Shown here: piece after piece, positions 1 through 8,994 of the stretch
Position numbering within the stretch: the stretch's first letter is position 1
Layout: every line of letters starts with the position of its first letter
Source: Vicinamibacteria bacterium
GTDB taxonomy: Bacteria > Acidobacteriota > Vicinamibacteria > Marinacidobacterales > Marinacidobacteraceae
Length of the DNA stretch: 64,000 nucleotides
Reading direction: 5' to 3'
NCBI GenBank assembly: GCA_964291235.2
Contig: OZ219815.1
Span: 916,645-980,644, forward strand
Notes under the pieces: model-generated
Seen by the model: the letters and a program-made list of their open reading frames with translations, nothing else
Database searches by the model: none
Told to the model about the DNA's origin: nothing
Made by a program: the position numbers and the translations under genes

Positions 1-1398
1 GAAGAACTCGACCCGCACGAAGCCGGTCACCTCGAGCGGAGCTTCGAGCGGCGTCGAGGTGTAGGTGAGGCTGACGCGATCGGCGGGTCCGTGATCCTGC
101 GCTCCGCGCGGCTCCACAAAGAGGTCGCCGCCGATGGTCGGCGCCGGATTCCGGGGGTCGTACTCGTAGGAATCCGGGGTTTCGGAGCCCGACGGCGGGT
201 CACGCGAGAGCACGCCGTCGTTGAGCGAATCGGCGCTCCCGGCGGGACCGGCCCGCAGGTACCACGCCTCCTCCTGCTGGCGGGCGAGCGGGAACTCGTT
301 CTCCTCGCGCCAGACGTTGTCTCCCATCACGTAAATGAGGACCGGCGCCTCGTCCATGATGCCGTTGTCGTGGCCCTTGAGGTGGTGGTCGAACCAGCGC
401 AGGCGCAGCGCCAGGTCGTCGATGCTCGATCCCGGGAAGTTCATGTCGCCGACCCGGTCGTCGGAGGGCGGCCAGCCGTGGATCCAGGGCCCCACGATGA
501 GCTTCTGCTGTCCCTTCCCGTTCGGTCCGCCGATCTCGTTCACCTCCTTGAAGTGGCGCACGGTGCCGTGGATGTGCCGGTCGTACCAGCCGCCGAGGTG
601 ATAGATGGGCACGTCGAACTTCTCGTATTGCTCGTCCACCGCGAGACGGCGCCAGTAGTCGTTGTAGTACGGGTTGCCGACGAGGTCGTTGTACATGTCC
701 GAGAACATGCTCTCGGTGAACGAATCGCCCACCTCGCGGTGTTCGTCGTACCAGGAGGTCCACGCCTCGCCGGATCCCAGATAACCCCGGTGGCCCGGAA
801 CATTCATCCTCAGCGGCTTCACCATCTCTCGCTGAGTGAGCAGCCAGGTCGGCAGGACCATGTGGAGCGCGCCGCCCTGCCAGAAGATGTCCCGGTAGCT
901 GTTCGAGGCGTACTGCGAGCAGAACATCGCTTCGAGGTGCGGCGGTTGGGTGGGCGCGGTGAGGAGTTGATTCGCGCAGGTGAACGACAGCCCGTGCGTC
1001 CCCACCTTCCCGGTGGACATCGGGTGCGCCGCCGCCCACTCGATGGTGTCGTAGCCGTCCTGGCGTTCCCCCCAGCCCTCGTCCATGAGCCAGTAGTACT
1101 CCCCCTCGGACTCGTAGCGGCCGCGTTCGTCCTGGGCCATGGCGATGTACCCGCGGGCCGCGAAATACTCGGCGGAGGAGCGGGCGCAGGCGCCCTTGTT
1201 GTAGGGAGTGCGCTCGAGAACCACGGGAAACGGACCCGGCCCCTGTCCAAGCGGGGTGTAAACGTCGGTCGCGAGACGGGTGCCGTCCCGCATGGGAACC
1301 ATCACCTGCTCGCAGGTCCAGTTCTGGGCGGCGCCGAGCGCCGGGAACCAGAGGAGACAGACGGTTGCGCCAGCCAGACGGGTGGAGAGACGGGTCAT
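1..1398 (-). CDS. CocE/NonD family hydrolase (peptidase S15 / X-Pro dipeptidyl-peptidase-like), secreted; 3' end lies beyond the window start
   Basis: Not in the ORF track because it runs off the edge. My translation of the minus strand from the ATG at 1398..1396 gives MTRLSTRLAGATVCLLWFPALGAAQNW (signal peptide), then MVPMRDGTRLATDVYTP, PVVLERTPYNKG, GTHGLSFTC (GxS nucleophile context) and LIVGPWIHGW. The frame stays open to position 1. Track ORFs 91..1413(+) and 200..1039(-) are shadows of it. Confidence 0.75.
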   Translation of the reverse strand, partial: MTRLSTRLAGATVCLLWFPALGAAQNWTCEQVMVPMRDGTRLATDVYTPLGQGPGPFPVVLERTPYNKGACARSSAEYFAARGYIAMAQDERGRYESEGEYYWLMDEGWGERQDGYDTIEWAAAHPMSTGKVGTHGLSFTCANQLLTAPTQPPHLEAMFCSQYASNSYRDIFWQGGALHMVLPTWLLTQREMVKPLRMNVPGHRGYLGSGEAWTSWYDEHREVGDSFTESMFSDMYNDLVGNPYYNDYWRRLAVDEQYEKFDVPIYHLGGWYDRHIHGTVRHFKEVNEIGGPNGKGQQKLIVGPWIHGWPPSDDRVGDMNFPGSSIDDLALRLRWFDHHLKGHDNGIMDEAPVLIYVMGDNVWREENEFPLARQQEEAWYLRAGPAGSADSLNDGVLSRDPPSGSETPDSYEYDPRNPAPTIGGDLFVEPRGAQDHGPADRVSLTYTSTPLEAPLEVTGFVRVEFF

Positions 1399-1527
1399 CA
1401 CGACCTCCGTTGAGAAGCGGGGAAGGGTTTCAATCTTCCCACGCCCCTCAGGGCCGGACCAAATCGGGCAAAGCCGAACTCCCGGGTGTCCGGGAGGGAC
1501 CGGGGCGCGGGCGGCGCTTCTCGCGCG

Positions 1528-3621
1528 TCAGCGGTCCAGCGCCTCCAGTTGCACGAAGTGGTCCACGTACCCCCGGTACCGGTTCCGGATGTCGCTGACG
1601 TATCGGGTGACTTCCGAACCCCGGACATAGCCGTGAGCCGCCCGGCTCGCGTACTCGGGTTCGCTCAGCTTGCGCATTGCCTCCTCGACGTGGCCGAACC
1701 AGAGCGAGCCGTCGAGCCCGAGTTGCCGCGCCAGGCGCCGGCCATCCCGCACGTGGCCGTAGCCGGCGTTATAGGAGGCCAGGGCGAACCAGAGCTGTTC
1801 GCCCGGGGGCAGGTCGGGGAACCGGTCCCGCGTCCAGGCGAGATAGCGGACCCCGGCGTCAATACCGACCTCGGGCTCGGCAAGCCGGTCCGGATCCACC
1901 CCGAGTTCCTCCGCCGTGCGGGGCATGATCTGGAGTAGCCCCCGCGCCCCCGCGTAGCTGACGGTCCGGGGGTTGAAGCCGCTCTCCTGGTACATCTGGG
2001 CGATGATCAGGCGCCAGTCGAAACCCTCCTCCTCGGCGACCGGCTTGACCAGGACGTCGTAACGCGAAAGCTCGTCCCCGGTGACCCGGTGCTCCCGCTG
2101 GCGTTCCTGGCGACGGCGATTCGCGAAGTACTTGTTGTAGAGGATGTTGAAGTCGAGGCCGCGATAGCCGGCGTTCAGGAAGGCGTCCAATTCCCGCTTC
2201 AGATCCTCACGCTCCGGACCCACCGCCCAGACGAGTTGCACCGTGGGTTCCACCGCGAGCCCCAGCTGCAGCCGCGGCTCGAAGGTCGCCGCGAGTTCGG
2301 CGCGGTGGCTGTCCACCAGGGTCACGTCCACTTCGCCCTCCGCCACCGCTGCCAGGATGGCGTGACTGGAAAGCTGCGATGCCTCGACCTCGAAGTCCCC
2401 CTCGAGGCTTCCGAGCGTTGCCAGGTAACTCGTCGCCTCCGGGACCGTCACCGTGCGTCCGGCGAGGTCGGTCAATAGCGCGACCGGCTCCCCGGCGGTG
2501 ACGAAGGTTTCCTGGATTTCGAGGTAATGACGGGTGAACAGCAGGCCCTCTGCGGCGCGCGCCGGCGTCTCGACCCAGCCGGCGGCCACCAGGTCCCCGC
2601 GCCCGGCGACGAGTCCCTCGACGAGTTCGGTGTGATCGCGGGCCACGATCACCGCCAGGTCCAGACCGCGAGCGTCCGCGAACATCCGCACCAGTTCGTA
2701 CTCGAAGCCGAGCCGCTCGCCTCGCCACAGGTAGTGCGTCACCGGCGAGCTGATTGTCAGGAGCCGGAGCTGGCCCGACGCCTGGATCGCCTCCCAGTCA
2801 CGGACTTCCGAAGGTTCGTCGGCGACGGTGTGGTGTTCCGTCAGGAAATCATCAAGTGTCTCCCGCAGGTCCGGGTTTTCCCGCCGCACCGCCCAGGCGA
2901 TGCGCTGCGGTTCGGGAAGCTCCGCCAGTTTCTGGATTTCGGAGCTCGTCTGGACGACGACCCGGGCGGCCGCTTCATCCATGATCGTGGTGTCGAAGGC
3001 GCCGTCTTCGATCAGCTCCTGGATGTTGAGGGGATCGAATACGCCGGCCACCTCAGCGCGCGGCGCATCCGGGTAGTGGGCGGTGAGGCTCTCCTCATAG
3101 GAGGTTCCGGCGGGAACACCGAAGACGCCTTCGCTGCGGCCGATGACCCATTCCCGCGAAATCGTGAGCGGGACGGTAAAGGCCACCCGCTGCTTGCGGG
3201 TCTCCGTAACCGTCAGGGTGGCGACGGCCACATCGGCGCGGCCCTCCTCGAGCGCCACCAGCAATCCATCCACGTCGGGGGACACGGTCCACTCGGCGCG
3301 CAGGCCGTGGCGCTCGGCGAACCGTTCGGCGAGGAAGCGATAGCGCCCCTTGGACAACCCCTGGGAGGGGAGGGTGTCGAACGCTTCGAAACCGTGCCGC
3401 ACGAAGCGGATCACCCCCCGGTCCAGAATCGCCGGCCAGTCGTCCACGGTCCCCGCCGGAATCACCGACGGAGGGCCGTCCGCACTCTCGGGAGCGCCAC
3501 ACCCGGGCAGCAGGATCACGAGGAGCGGGAGCGCCGGCACCGCGGTCCCGAGGACCGCGCGCCAGCGCCGGGCTGTCATCTTCAACATCGCAAGCCTTGT
3601 GCGGCAGCGGCCCGTAGCCAC
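1528..3621 (-). CDS. mltF: Membrane-bound lytic murein transglycosylase F-like protein (two solute-binding family-3 domains plus a C-terminal SLT domain)
   Basis: 697-aa ORF with an N-terminal signal/lipobox-like LLPGCG. The C-terminal motif ESGFNPRTVSYAGARGLLQIMPRTA...YNAGYGHV is typical of SLT lytic transglycosylases. Confidence 0.8.
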   Translation of the reverse strand: MATGRCRTRLAMLKMTARRWRAVLGTAVPALPLLVILLPGCGAPESADGPPSVIPAGTVDDWPAILDRGVIRFVRHGFEAFDTLPSQGLSKGRYRFLAERFAERHGLRAEWTVSPDVDGLLVALEEGRADVAVATLTVTETRKQRVAFTVPLTISREWVIGRSEGVFGVPAGTSYEESLTAHYPDAPRAEVAGVFDPLNIQELIEDGAFDTTIMDEAAARVVVQTSSEIQKLAELPEPQRIAWAVRRENPDLRETLDDFLTEHHTVADEPSEVRDWEAIQASGQLRLLTISSPVTHYLWRGERLGFEYELVRMFADARGLDLAVIVARDHTELVEGLVAGRGDLVAAGWVETPARAAEGLLFTRHYLEIQETFVTAGEPVALLTDLAGRTVTVPEATSYLATLGSLEGDFEVEASQLSSHAILAAVAEGEVDVTLVDSHRAELAATFEPRLQLGLAVEPTVQLVWAVGPEREDLKRELDAFLNAGYRGLDFNILYNKYFANRRRQERQREHRVTGDELSRYDVLVKPVAEEEGFDWRLIIAQMYQESGFNPRTVSYAGARGLLQIMPRTAEELGVDPDRLAEPEVGIDAGVRYLAWTRDRFPDLPPGEQLWFALASYNAGYGHVRDGRRLARQLGLDGSLWFGHVEEAMRKLSEPEYASRAAHGYVRGSEVTRYVSDIRNRYRGYVDHFVQLEALDR

Positions 3622-3684
3622 GAGCCGCCTCGCGTTGTTTTCGCCGCCCGGAAGGCGACGATTCCCGAAGATTAGCGTCCCGTG

Positions 3685-3760
3685 TGGCGCGCCCTGAGGG
3701 ATTCGAACCCCCGACCTACAGGTTCGTAGCCTGTTGCTCTATCCACTGAGCTAAGGGCGC
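3685..3760 (-). tRNA. tRNA-Arg (anticodon ACG)
   Basis: The reverse complement folds as a cloverleaf: GCGCCCT-TA-GCTCAGTGGATAGAGC-A-ACAGG-CTACGAA-CCTGT-AGGTC-GGGGGTTCGAATCCCTC-AGGGCGC-G-CCA. The anticodon loop is CT-ACG-AA, and the CCA is encoded. Confidence 0.9.
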
Positions 3761-3884
3761 TTGCGACGCGGGGACCGGGCAATCTAGCAGGTTCCGTGCC
3801 GGATCGCCGGTCTTCCGATCGGCATCGTCCGGCGGGAAACGGGCAAAGGGAGCGCTGTCGCCGCCGGCGGCGGCATCCGTTCCT

Positions 3885-4823
3885 TCAGGCAGCCGCGACC
3901 GGAGCCTCCATCCCCCGATGCGCCCAGCCCCGGGCCATCCGGGGGGTGCTCCAGGCGCTGACGAGGCGGGCGTCCGGAGTCAGGATCAGCAGCCCGGCCG
4001 TTCCCCCGAGCCGCGACCAGCAGGCGCCGAGGAGGGTGCGCGCCGCTTGTTCGGGATCGTCTCCGGCTTCGATGCGGGCAAGCACCGCGCGGGCCATGGA
4101 CAAGCGCGCAATGCCCTCTCCCCAGCCGGTGCTCGCCACGCCGCCAACCCGCGAATCCGCGTAGAGCCCGGCGCCCGGCAGAGGAGTGTCTCCCACCCGG
4201 CCGGGACGCTTGTTCAGGGTCCCACCGGTCGATCCGGCGGCCGCGATCCGGCCGTCGCAATCGAGCGCCACGGCGCCGACGGTATCCCCGGGCGCGGGTT
4301 TCCGGCGGCGGGCCTGGTGCTCCCGCAGACGATTCACTTCGCGGGGCACCACGAGTTCTCCGGGGCCGATGGCCTCGAATCCCTGCTGGCGGGCGAACTC
4401 CTCGGCGCCCGGGCCGGCGAGCAGCACCTGCCCGGTCGTTTCGATGAGCCGCCGGGCCACCCGGACAGGGTTCCGGATCGTGTTCACGGCGGCCACCCCG
4501 CCCACCCGAAGGTCCTCACCGTCCATGATCGAGGCGTCGAGGACGGCCTCGCCGCGCCGGTTCAAGACGGATCCGGTGCCGGCATTGAGGGCCGGGTCGT
4601 CTTCGAGGTGGGTGACCACCGCCTCCACGGTGTCGAGCGCCGAGGCGCCGCGCTTCAGGAGGTCGAAGCCGAGCCGGACCGCCGCGAGGGAGCCCGCTTC
4701 ATGAGCCTCCCGCTCCTCGGCGGGAATATCCCAGGCCCCTCCGTGAACCAGCAGGGCCGGCCCGGAGCCCGGGACAATTTCGCACTGGATCCGGGGCTCG
4801 TTCTTGCTCACCCGAAAAACCAA
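3885..4823 (-). CDS. Isoaspartyl peptidase / L-asparaginase (Ntn-hydrolase family)
   Basis: 312-aa ORF. It carries the autoprocessing-site context GDTVGAVALDCDGRIAAAGSTGG and the GAGLYAD motif typical of plant-type asparaginases / IaaA. Confidence 0.85.
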   Translation of the reverse strand: MVFRVSKNEPRIQCEIVPGSGPALLVHGGAWDIPAEEREAHEAGSLAAVRLGFDLLKRGASALDTVEAVVTHLEDDPALNAGTGSVLNRRGEAVLDASIMDGEDLRVGGVAAVNTIRNPVRVARRLIETTGQVLLAGPGAEEFARQQGFEAIGPGELVVPREVNRLREHQARRRKPAPGDTVGAVALDCDGRIAAAGSTGGTLNKRPGRVGDTPLPGAGLYADSRVGGVASTGWGEGIARLSMARAVLARIEAGDDPEQAARTLLGACWSRLGGTAGLLILTPDARLVSAWSTPRMARGWAHRGMEAPVAAA

Positions 4824-4831
4824 ACCACGCC

Positions 4832-4906
4832 TGGTACCGCTACGGGGATTCGAACCCCGGTTTGATGGCTGAGAACCACCCGTCCTAACCCCTAGACGAT
4901 AGCGGC
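4832..4906 (-). tRNA. tRNA-Glu (anticodon CTC)
   Basis: Reverse complement: GCCGCTA-TC-GTCTAGGGGTTAGGAC-G-GGTGG-TTCTCAG-CCATC-AAAC-CGGGGTTCGAATCCCCG-TAGCGGT-A-CCA. The D-arm is typical of tRNA-Glu, and the anticodon is CTC. Confidence 0.85.
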
Positions 4907-4949
4907 ACCCGCAGGCGTGGGACCGCGGATTATACGGTTTCCGAATCGT

Positions 4950-5720
4950 TCACGCATCCGCGACGCTGGTGGGGATGGTGAGATGCCAGTCGCCGGTGGA
5001 GGGCGCCGGAAGGTCGCGGTCGCCGCCCTGTCGCACCAGAACGCGCGCTCCGGAGCGGCCGGGAAGGAAACGGGCCAGATACAGCCCTCTGGCCAACAGC
5101 CGGTGCGGCGTTTCGAACTTCACCGACGTGGCGGAGGCGGCCGCCTGGAGGGTGCTCGCGGCAAGGAGAGCGGTCACGTCGGGTTCCTCGGGGGGGGCGA
5201 TCCAGTACGGCACCGCCAGCGGGCCGGAGGCCGGAGGCTCGAACCGGCAACTGGCGATCGGCTGGCCGCCGCGCGTCACATGGACCCCCGCCGCCGGCAG
5301 CGGCGCCCGATCCGGGAACCCGGCAACCGCGCCGAATGCCGGCCCGAGGCGTTCCCGGAGACTTTGCTCCTCGGCATCGGGCAACGGGCCCGGGATCACT
5401 TCGACGTTCCCCGGCGGCCGGGCGCGCGGCAGGAGGAGAGCGAGCAGGTTCCGGCGCAGCCAGCCGGGGCGTACCGGGCAGGAATAGCGCGGCAGGGGAC
5501 CCGCGTCATCGAAACCGAGCGCGCGGAGATCCGGGATCAGGAAACTGGCGTCCTCTTCGAGGACCACGGCGGTGACGCCGGCGCTTCGGGACCAGGCGGC
5601 GAGCCGGGCCAGCCCTTCGCGACGCGACGCCTGCGGCGGAAGACGCAGCCCGCTGAGGAATTCTCCCGAGCCGGGAGGCGCGATCTGCCGGGTCAGCAGC
5701 GGCGCCGTGACGATTTCCAA
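4950..5720 (-). CDS. Hypothetical protein (no family recognised)
   Basis: 256-aa ORF filling the gap between tRNA-Glu and the PspC gene. Its composition resembles neighbouring genes, and I recognise no motif. Confidence 0.4.
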   Translation of the reverse strand: MEIVTAPLLTRQIAPPGSGEFLSGLRLPPQASRREGLARLAAWSRSAGVTAVVLEEDASFLIPDLRALGFDDAGPLPRYSCPVRPGWLRRNLLALLLPRARPPGNVEVIPGPLPDAEEQSLRERLGPAFGAVAGFPDRAPLPAAGVHVTRGGQPIASCRFEPPASGPLAVPYWIAPPEEPDVTALLAASTLQAAASATSVKFETPHRLLARGLYLARFLPGRSGARVLVRQGGDRDLPAPSTGDWHLTIPTSVADA

Positions 5721-5792
5721 GCGGTTTCCCGGGTCTTCACTCGGGCTTCGGGAGGGGACTCGTGGGCCGGTTGTGAAATGCCTGCTGCCGGA

Positions 5793-5981
5793 TCAGTCCT
5801 CGGGGGGCATCAGGATCCCTAGAACGAGATAACACAGGATGCCGGGAAACGCCGCCGAACAGATGCTCACCAGAACGTAGAGAACCCGAAGCAGCGTCCG
5901 GTCCACGTTCCACCAGTCAGCCAGCCCGGCACAGACCCCCAGCACCATCCGCCCCTGGGATGGACGCACGAGTTTGGCCAT
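5793..5981 (-). CDS. PspC domain-containing small membrane protein
   Basis: The C-terminal 62 aa of track ORF 5793..6188 read MAKLVRPSQGRMVLGVCAGLADWWNVDRTLLRVLYVLVSICSAAFPGILCYLVLGILMPPED, the classic PspC pattern. The ATG at 5981 is preceded by GGAG. The upstream extension is Arg/Trp-rich and looks non-coding. Confidence 0.7.
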   Translation of the reverse strand: MAKLVRPSQGRMVLGVCAGLADWWNVDRTLLRVLYVLVSICSAAFPGILCYLVLGILMPPED

Positions 5982-6018
5982 TGTCTTCTCCCATCTACGA
6001 ACTCTTGGGGGGGATGGT

Positions 6019-6867
6019 TCAACCGACCGGGGAGATGCCCGCCACCGACGCCAGGATGGCGAGGGCGCTCGCCCCCACCAGCCCGAGGGCCCAGAGCGCG
6101 TGCCTGCCCCGTTCGGGGCTGAACGCGCCAAAGCGCGACGCCACCAGGTATCCACCGAGAAAACCGCCGAGATGGGCGGCATTGTCAATCCCCGGAATCA
6201 GCGCCCCGAAGATCCCGATGAAGATCACGTAGCGCCAGATCTGGCGCGCGAAATCCGAACTGGTGCGCCGCCCGAAATAGAGGAGCGCCCCGATCATGCC
6301 GCACAGTGAGGCCGACGCACCGACCGTGATTCCCGGCGCCCCTCCCAGGAAAGGAATGGCGATCCCCGAAGCCCCCATGAAGGAGGAAAGCAGAAAACCG
6401 GTGACGGCCGAAACCTGGTAGATCACGAGCGCCCGGCTGGTCCCGAACATCTCCCCCACCGCCGGGAACAGGTTCCAGAGCCAGTACATGTTGAAGAAGA
6501 TGTGAAGCAGCCCGCCGTGAAGCCAGCCCGCGCTCAGGACGGCGGACCACTTGCCGACCCCGAATACCGGGATTCCTCCCGCGGCCCCCAGTCGATAGAG
6601 GATGCGGCCGTCCGGACTCAGGAAACCGAGGAGCCCCCGCATCTCGATGGCGCCGATGCTCAACACCAGCGCCAGCAGGAACAGCCCGATGTTCGCGGCC
6701 AGCAGGATCTTCAGGACCCCGGCGGTATCGAAGCGCAGGAGACCGGCAAAGCCGAAGAGCCCCGGGTTCCGGCGGCCACAGGAAAGGCACTGCTGGTCAT
6801 TGACGCCGACGAGCTGCCCGCACCCGGGACACAGGACAGCGCCCTCCCGCTTCGCGCCGAACACCAT
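6019..6867 (-). CDS. Rhomboid family intramembrane serine protease with an N-terminal zinc-ribbon
   Basis: CPGCGQL...CLSCG zinc ribbon, multiple TM segments, a GASASLCGMIG (GxSx) motif and a HLGGFLGGY histidine motif. The start is set at MVFGAK (6867) because the longer ORF would overlap the DegT gene, which ends at 6872. Confidence 0.8.
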   Translation of the reverse strand: MVFGAKREGAVLCPGCGQLVGVNDQQCLSCGRRNPGLFGFAGLLRFDTAGVLKILLAANIGLFLLALVLSIGAIEMRGLLGFLSPDGRILYRLGAAGGIPVFGVGKWSAVLSAGWLHGGLLHIFFNMYWLWNLFPAVGEMFGTSRALVIYQVSAVTGFLLSSFMGASGIAIPFLGGAPGITVGASASLCGMIGALLYFGRRTSSDFARQIWRYVIFIGIFGALIPGIDNAAHLGGFLGGYLVASRFGAFSPERGRHALWALGLVGASALAILASVAGISPVG

Positions 6868-6871
6868 CGGC

Positions 6872-7999
6872 CTATTCTGACATCTCCCCGCCCCTCCCCC
6901 CCTGGGTGAAGAACGAGCGGACGGCGGCGGCAACCTGCCCCGCTTCTTCATCCGAGAGTCCGGGGTGGAGGGGAAGGCTCAACACCTCCCGGGCAGCCGC
7001 CTCCGCCTCCGGGCAGGCCGCAGCCGCCTCCGAAGCGCTTGCAAATGCCGCCTGTTCCGTGAGCGCGGCCGGATAGTGGACCAGGGTTTCGATCCCGGAC
7101 CCGGCGAGGTGGCGCCGCAGCGCATCCCGCCGCGGGGTGCGGATCACGAACAGATGCGAGGACCCGTCCACCTCGCGCCCCGGGGTCACGACGCGCAGCG
7201 GCAGGCCGTCGAGCAACTCCCGGTAGCGGCGCGCCAGCGCGGCGCGCCTTCGGTTTCCCGCGGGGAGACCGGGCAGGCGCTGGTTGAGCACCGCTGCCTG
7301 GATTTCGTCGAGGCGGCTGTTCCAGCCCGGCGCGGCGTGGTGGTGGCGCTGCCCCTGTCCCCCGGAACGGAGGCTTCGGGCCCGCGCCGCGAGCCGCGCG
7401 TCCGCGGTCGCCACCAGGCCGGCGTCACCGAGCGAACCAAGATTCTTGGTGGGATAGAAGCTGAAGGCCGCGGCCGCGCCGAACGAACCGAGGGCCCGGC
7501 CCCGATGGCGCGCCCCGTGGGCCTGGCAGGCGTCTTCGATCACCGGGACTTCGTGGCCGGCCGCGGTCTCGAGCAGCCGCTCCCAGCCGGCGCCGGCGCC
7601 TCCGAAGATATGCACCGGAACGATCGCCCGAATGTTCCCCGCGGCGAGCGCCCGGGCGGCGGCATCGGCGTCGAGACAGAGGCTGCCGGCTTCGACGTCG
7701 GCAAAGACCGGGACTGCCCCGGCGTGCTGAATGCCGAGCGCCGTGTAACCGGTGGAAAACGCGGCCGTCAGGACGCGGTCACCGGAGCCGATACCGGCAG
7801 CGGCGAGCGCGATGGTGATGGCGTCCGTGCCCGAGGCCACGCCGACGGCGTGTTCGACTCCGATCGCTTCACCGAAGGCCCGCTCGAACGCTTCCACCTC
7901 CGGACCGAGGACGAAACGCCCCGAGGCGAGCACCCGCTCCACGGCGGCCCGAACTCCGGAATCGGCGCCGGCCTCCAGCCGCTGAAAGGGGATTTTCAT
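6872..7999 (-). CDS. DegT/DnrJ/EryC1/StrS family PLP-dependent sugar aminotransferase
   Basis: Family-typical sequence FVLGPEVEAFERAF...GTDAITIAL...FSFYPTKNLGSLGDAG (Lys-containing PLP site). The start MKIPFQRL at 7999 overlaps the upstream stop (ATGA). Confidence 0.85.
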   Translation of the reverse strand: MKIPFQRLEAGADSGVRAAVERVLASGRFVLGPEVEAFERAFGEAIGVEHAVGVASGTDAITIALAAAGIGSGDRVLTAAFSTGYTALGIQHAGAVPVFADVEAGSLCLDADAAARALAAGNIRAIVPVHIFGGAGAGWERLLETAAGHEVPVIEDACQAHGARHRGRALGSFGAAAAFSFYPTKNLGSLGDAGLVATADARLAARARSLRSGGQGQRHHHAAPGWNSRLDEIQAAVLNQRLPGLPAGNRRRAALARRYRELLDGLPLRVVTPGREVDGSSHLFVIRTPRRDALRRHLAGSGIETLVHYPAALTEQAAFASASEAAAACPEAEAAAREVLSLPLHPGLSDEEAGQVAAAVRSFFTQGGRGGEMSE

Positions 8000-8946
8000 G
8001 ACGTTTCGGGCCGCATGGCGCGCACCGTCTCGGCCAAGCCGCGATCGAGGGCCCACGCCGGCTCCCACCCCAGATCGCGGCGGATCGCCGACCAGTCCGC
8101 GTGGAAGTCACCGATCGCGATGTCCTCCAAGCCGCGCGGAAGCGCCGCAACCCGCACGCGCGGCGCTTCGCCGAGGGCCCGGAAGACCGCCGCCGCGAAT
8201 TCCCCGAGGCGCACCGGCGCCGCGCCCAGGTTCCAGGTCCCGGCGGGAGCCTCCGGCCGCCCGGCGCGCAGGAAAGCGTCCACCACGTCGTCTACGTAGT
8301 TGAAGTCCCGTACCAAATCGGAATCTCCCAGAATGGTGATTTCCCGCCCGGCGAGCGCATCGCCCACGAAGCGACCGGTCAGGCCGGTTGCCGGCCCGTC
8401 CGTCGGCAGTCCCGGCCCGTAGGTGTTCGTGAGCCGGAGGATGGAATACGGAGCCCCTCGCGCCGCCGCGCTGTGGCGCACGAGATGCTCCGCCGTCTCC
8501 TTGTGAACGGAATGGACATCGGGCGGGGCAAGCGGGTGGTCCTCCGCGGCAGGCAGGCTCTCGGCCCGCCCGTAGAGCTGACGCGTGCTCGCGAACACCA
8601 CGCGTGCCCGCGGGGCTCGCTTCAGCACCGCGGCGAGAAGCGACACGGTCCCCATGACGTTGTCCTCGAAGTCGGCCCGCGGCTGGTCCATGCTCCGGCG
8701 GTGGCCATTCGCCGCCGCGAGGTGGAAGACCGCGTCGGCTTCGGCGACCGCATCCCCGAGCGCTTCGCAGTCGCGCAGGTCTCCCCGCCGGCACCCGAGG
8801 TTCGGCGCGGGGAAATCCGGGCGGCAGCGGTCGAAACCGGTGACCCGCGCGCCGGCGGATGCAAGGTGCTCCGCGAGACGACTTCCGATGAAGCCCGCGG
8901 CGCCGGTAACGAGAACCCGGCGCCCGGTCCAGGCAGCGTGCATCAC
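7996..8946 (-). CDS. NAD-dependent epimerase/dehydratase (extended SDR; nucleotide-sugar enzyme)
   Basis: The N-terminal Rossmann motif VLVTGAAGFIGSRL places this 316-aa protein in the SDR fold. It is translationally coupled to the DegT gene. Confidence 0.85.
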   Translation of the reverse strand: MMHAAWTGRRVLVTGAAGFIGSRLAEHLASAGARVTGFDRCRPDFPAPNLGCRRGDLRDCEALGDAVAEADAVFHLAAANGHRRSMDQPRADFEDNVMGTVSLLAAVLKRAPRARVVFASTRQLYGRAESLPAAEDHPLAPPDVHSVHKETAEHLVRHSAAARGAPYSILRLTNTYGPGLPTDGPATGLTGRFVGDALAGREITILGDSDLVRDFNYVDDVVDAFLRAGRPEAPAGTWNLGAAPVRLGEFAAAVFRALGEAPRVRVAALPRGLEDIAIGDFHADWSAIRRDLGWEPAWALDRGLAETVRAMRPETS

Positions 8947-8994
8947 GGGAACCGCGCGACCGCGTCTAGCGGGAAAGGCTCCCGCCTCGATTCG

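Noticed and set aside
91-1413. 440-aa + strand ORF, plus the - strand ORFs 200..1039 and 819..1250
   Set aside because: Their translations are Arg/Gly/Pro-rich with no motifs. The opposite-strand frame read from 1398 to 1 gives a clean CocE/NonD hydrolase, so these are shadow ORFs of high-G+C DNA.
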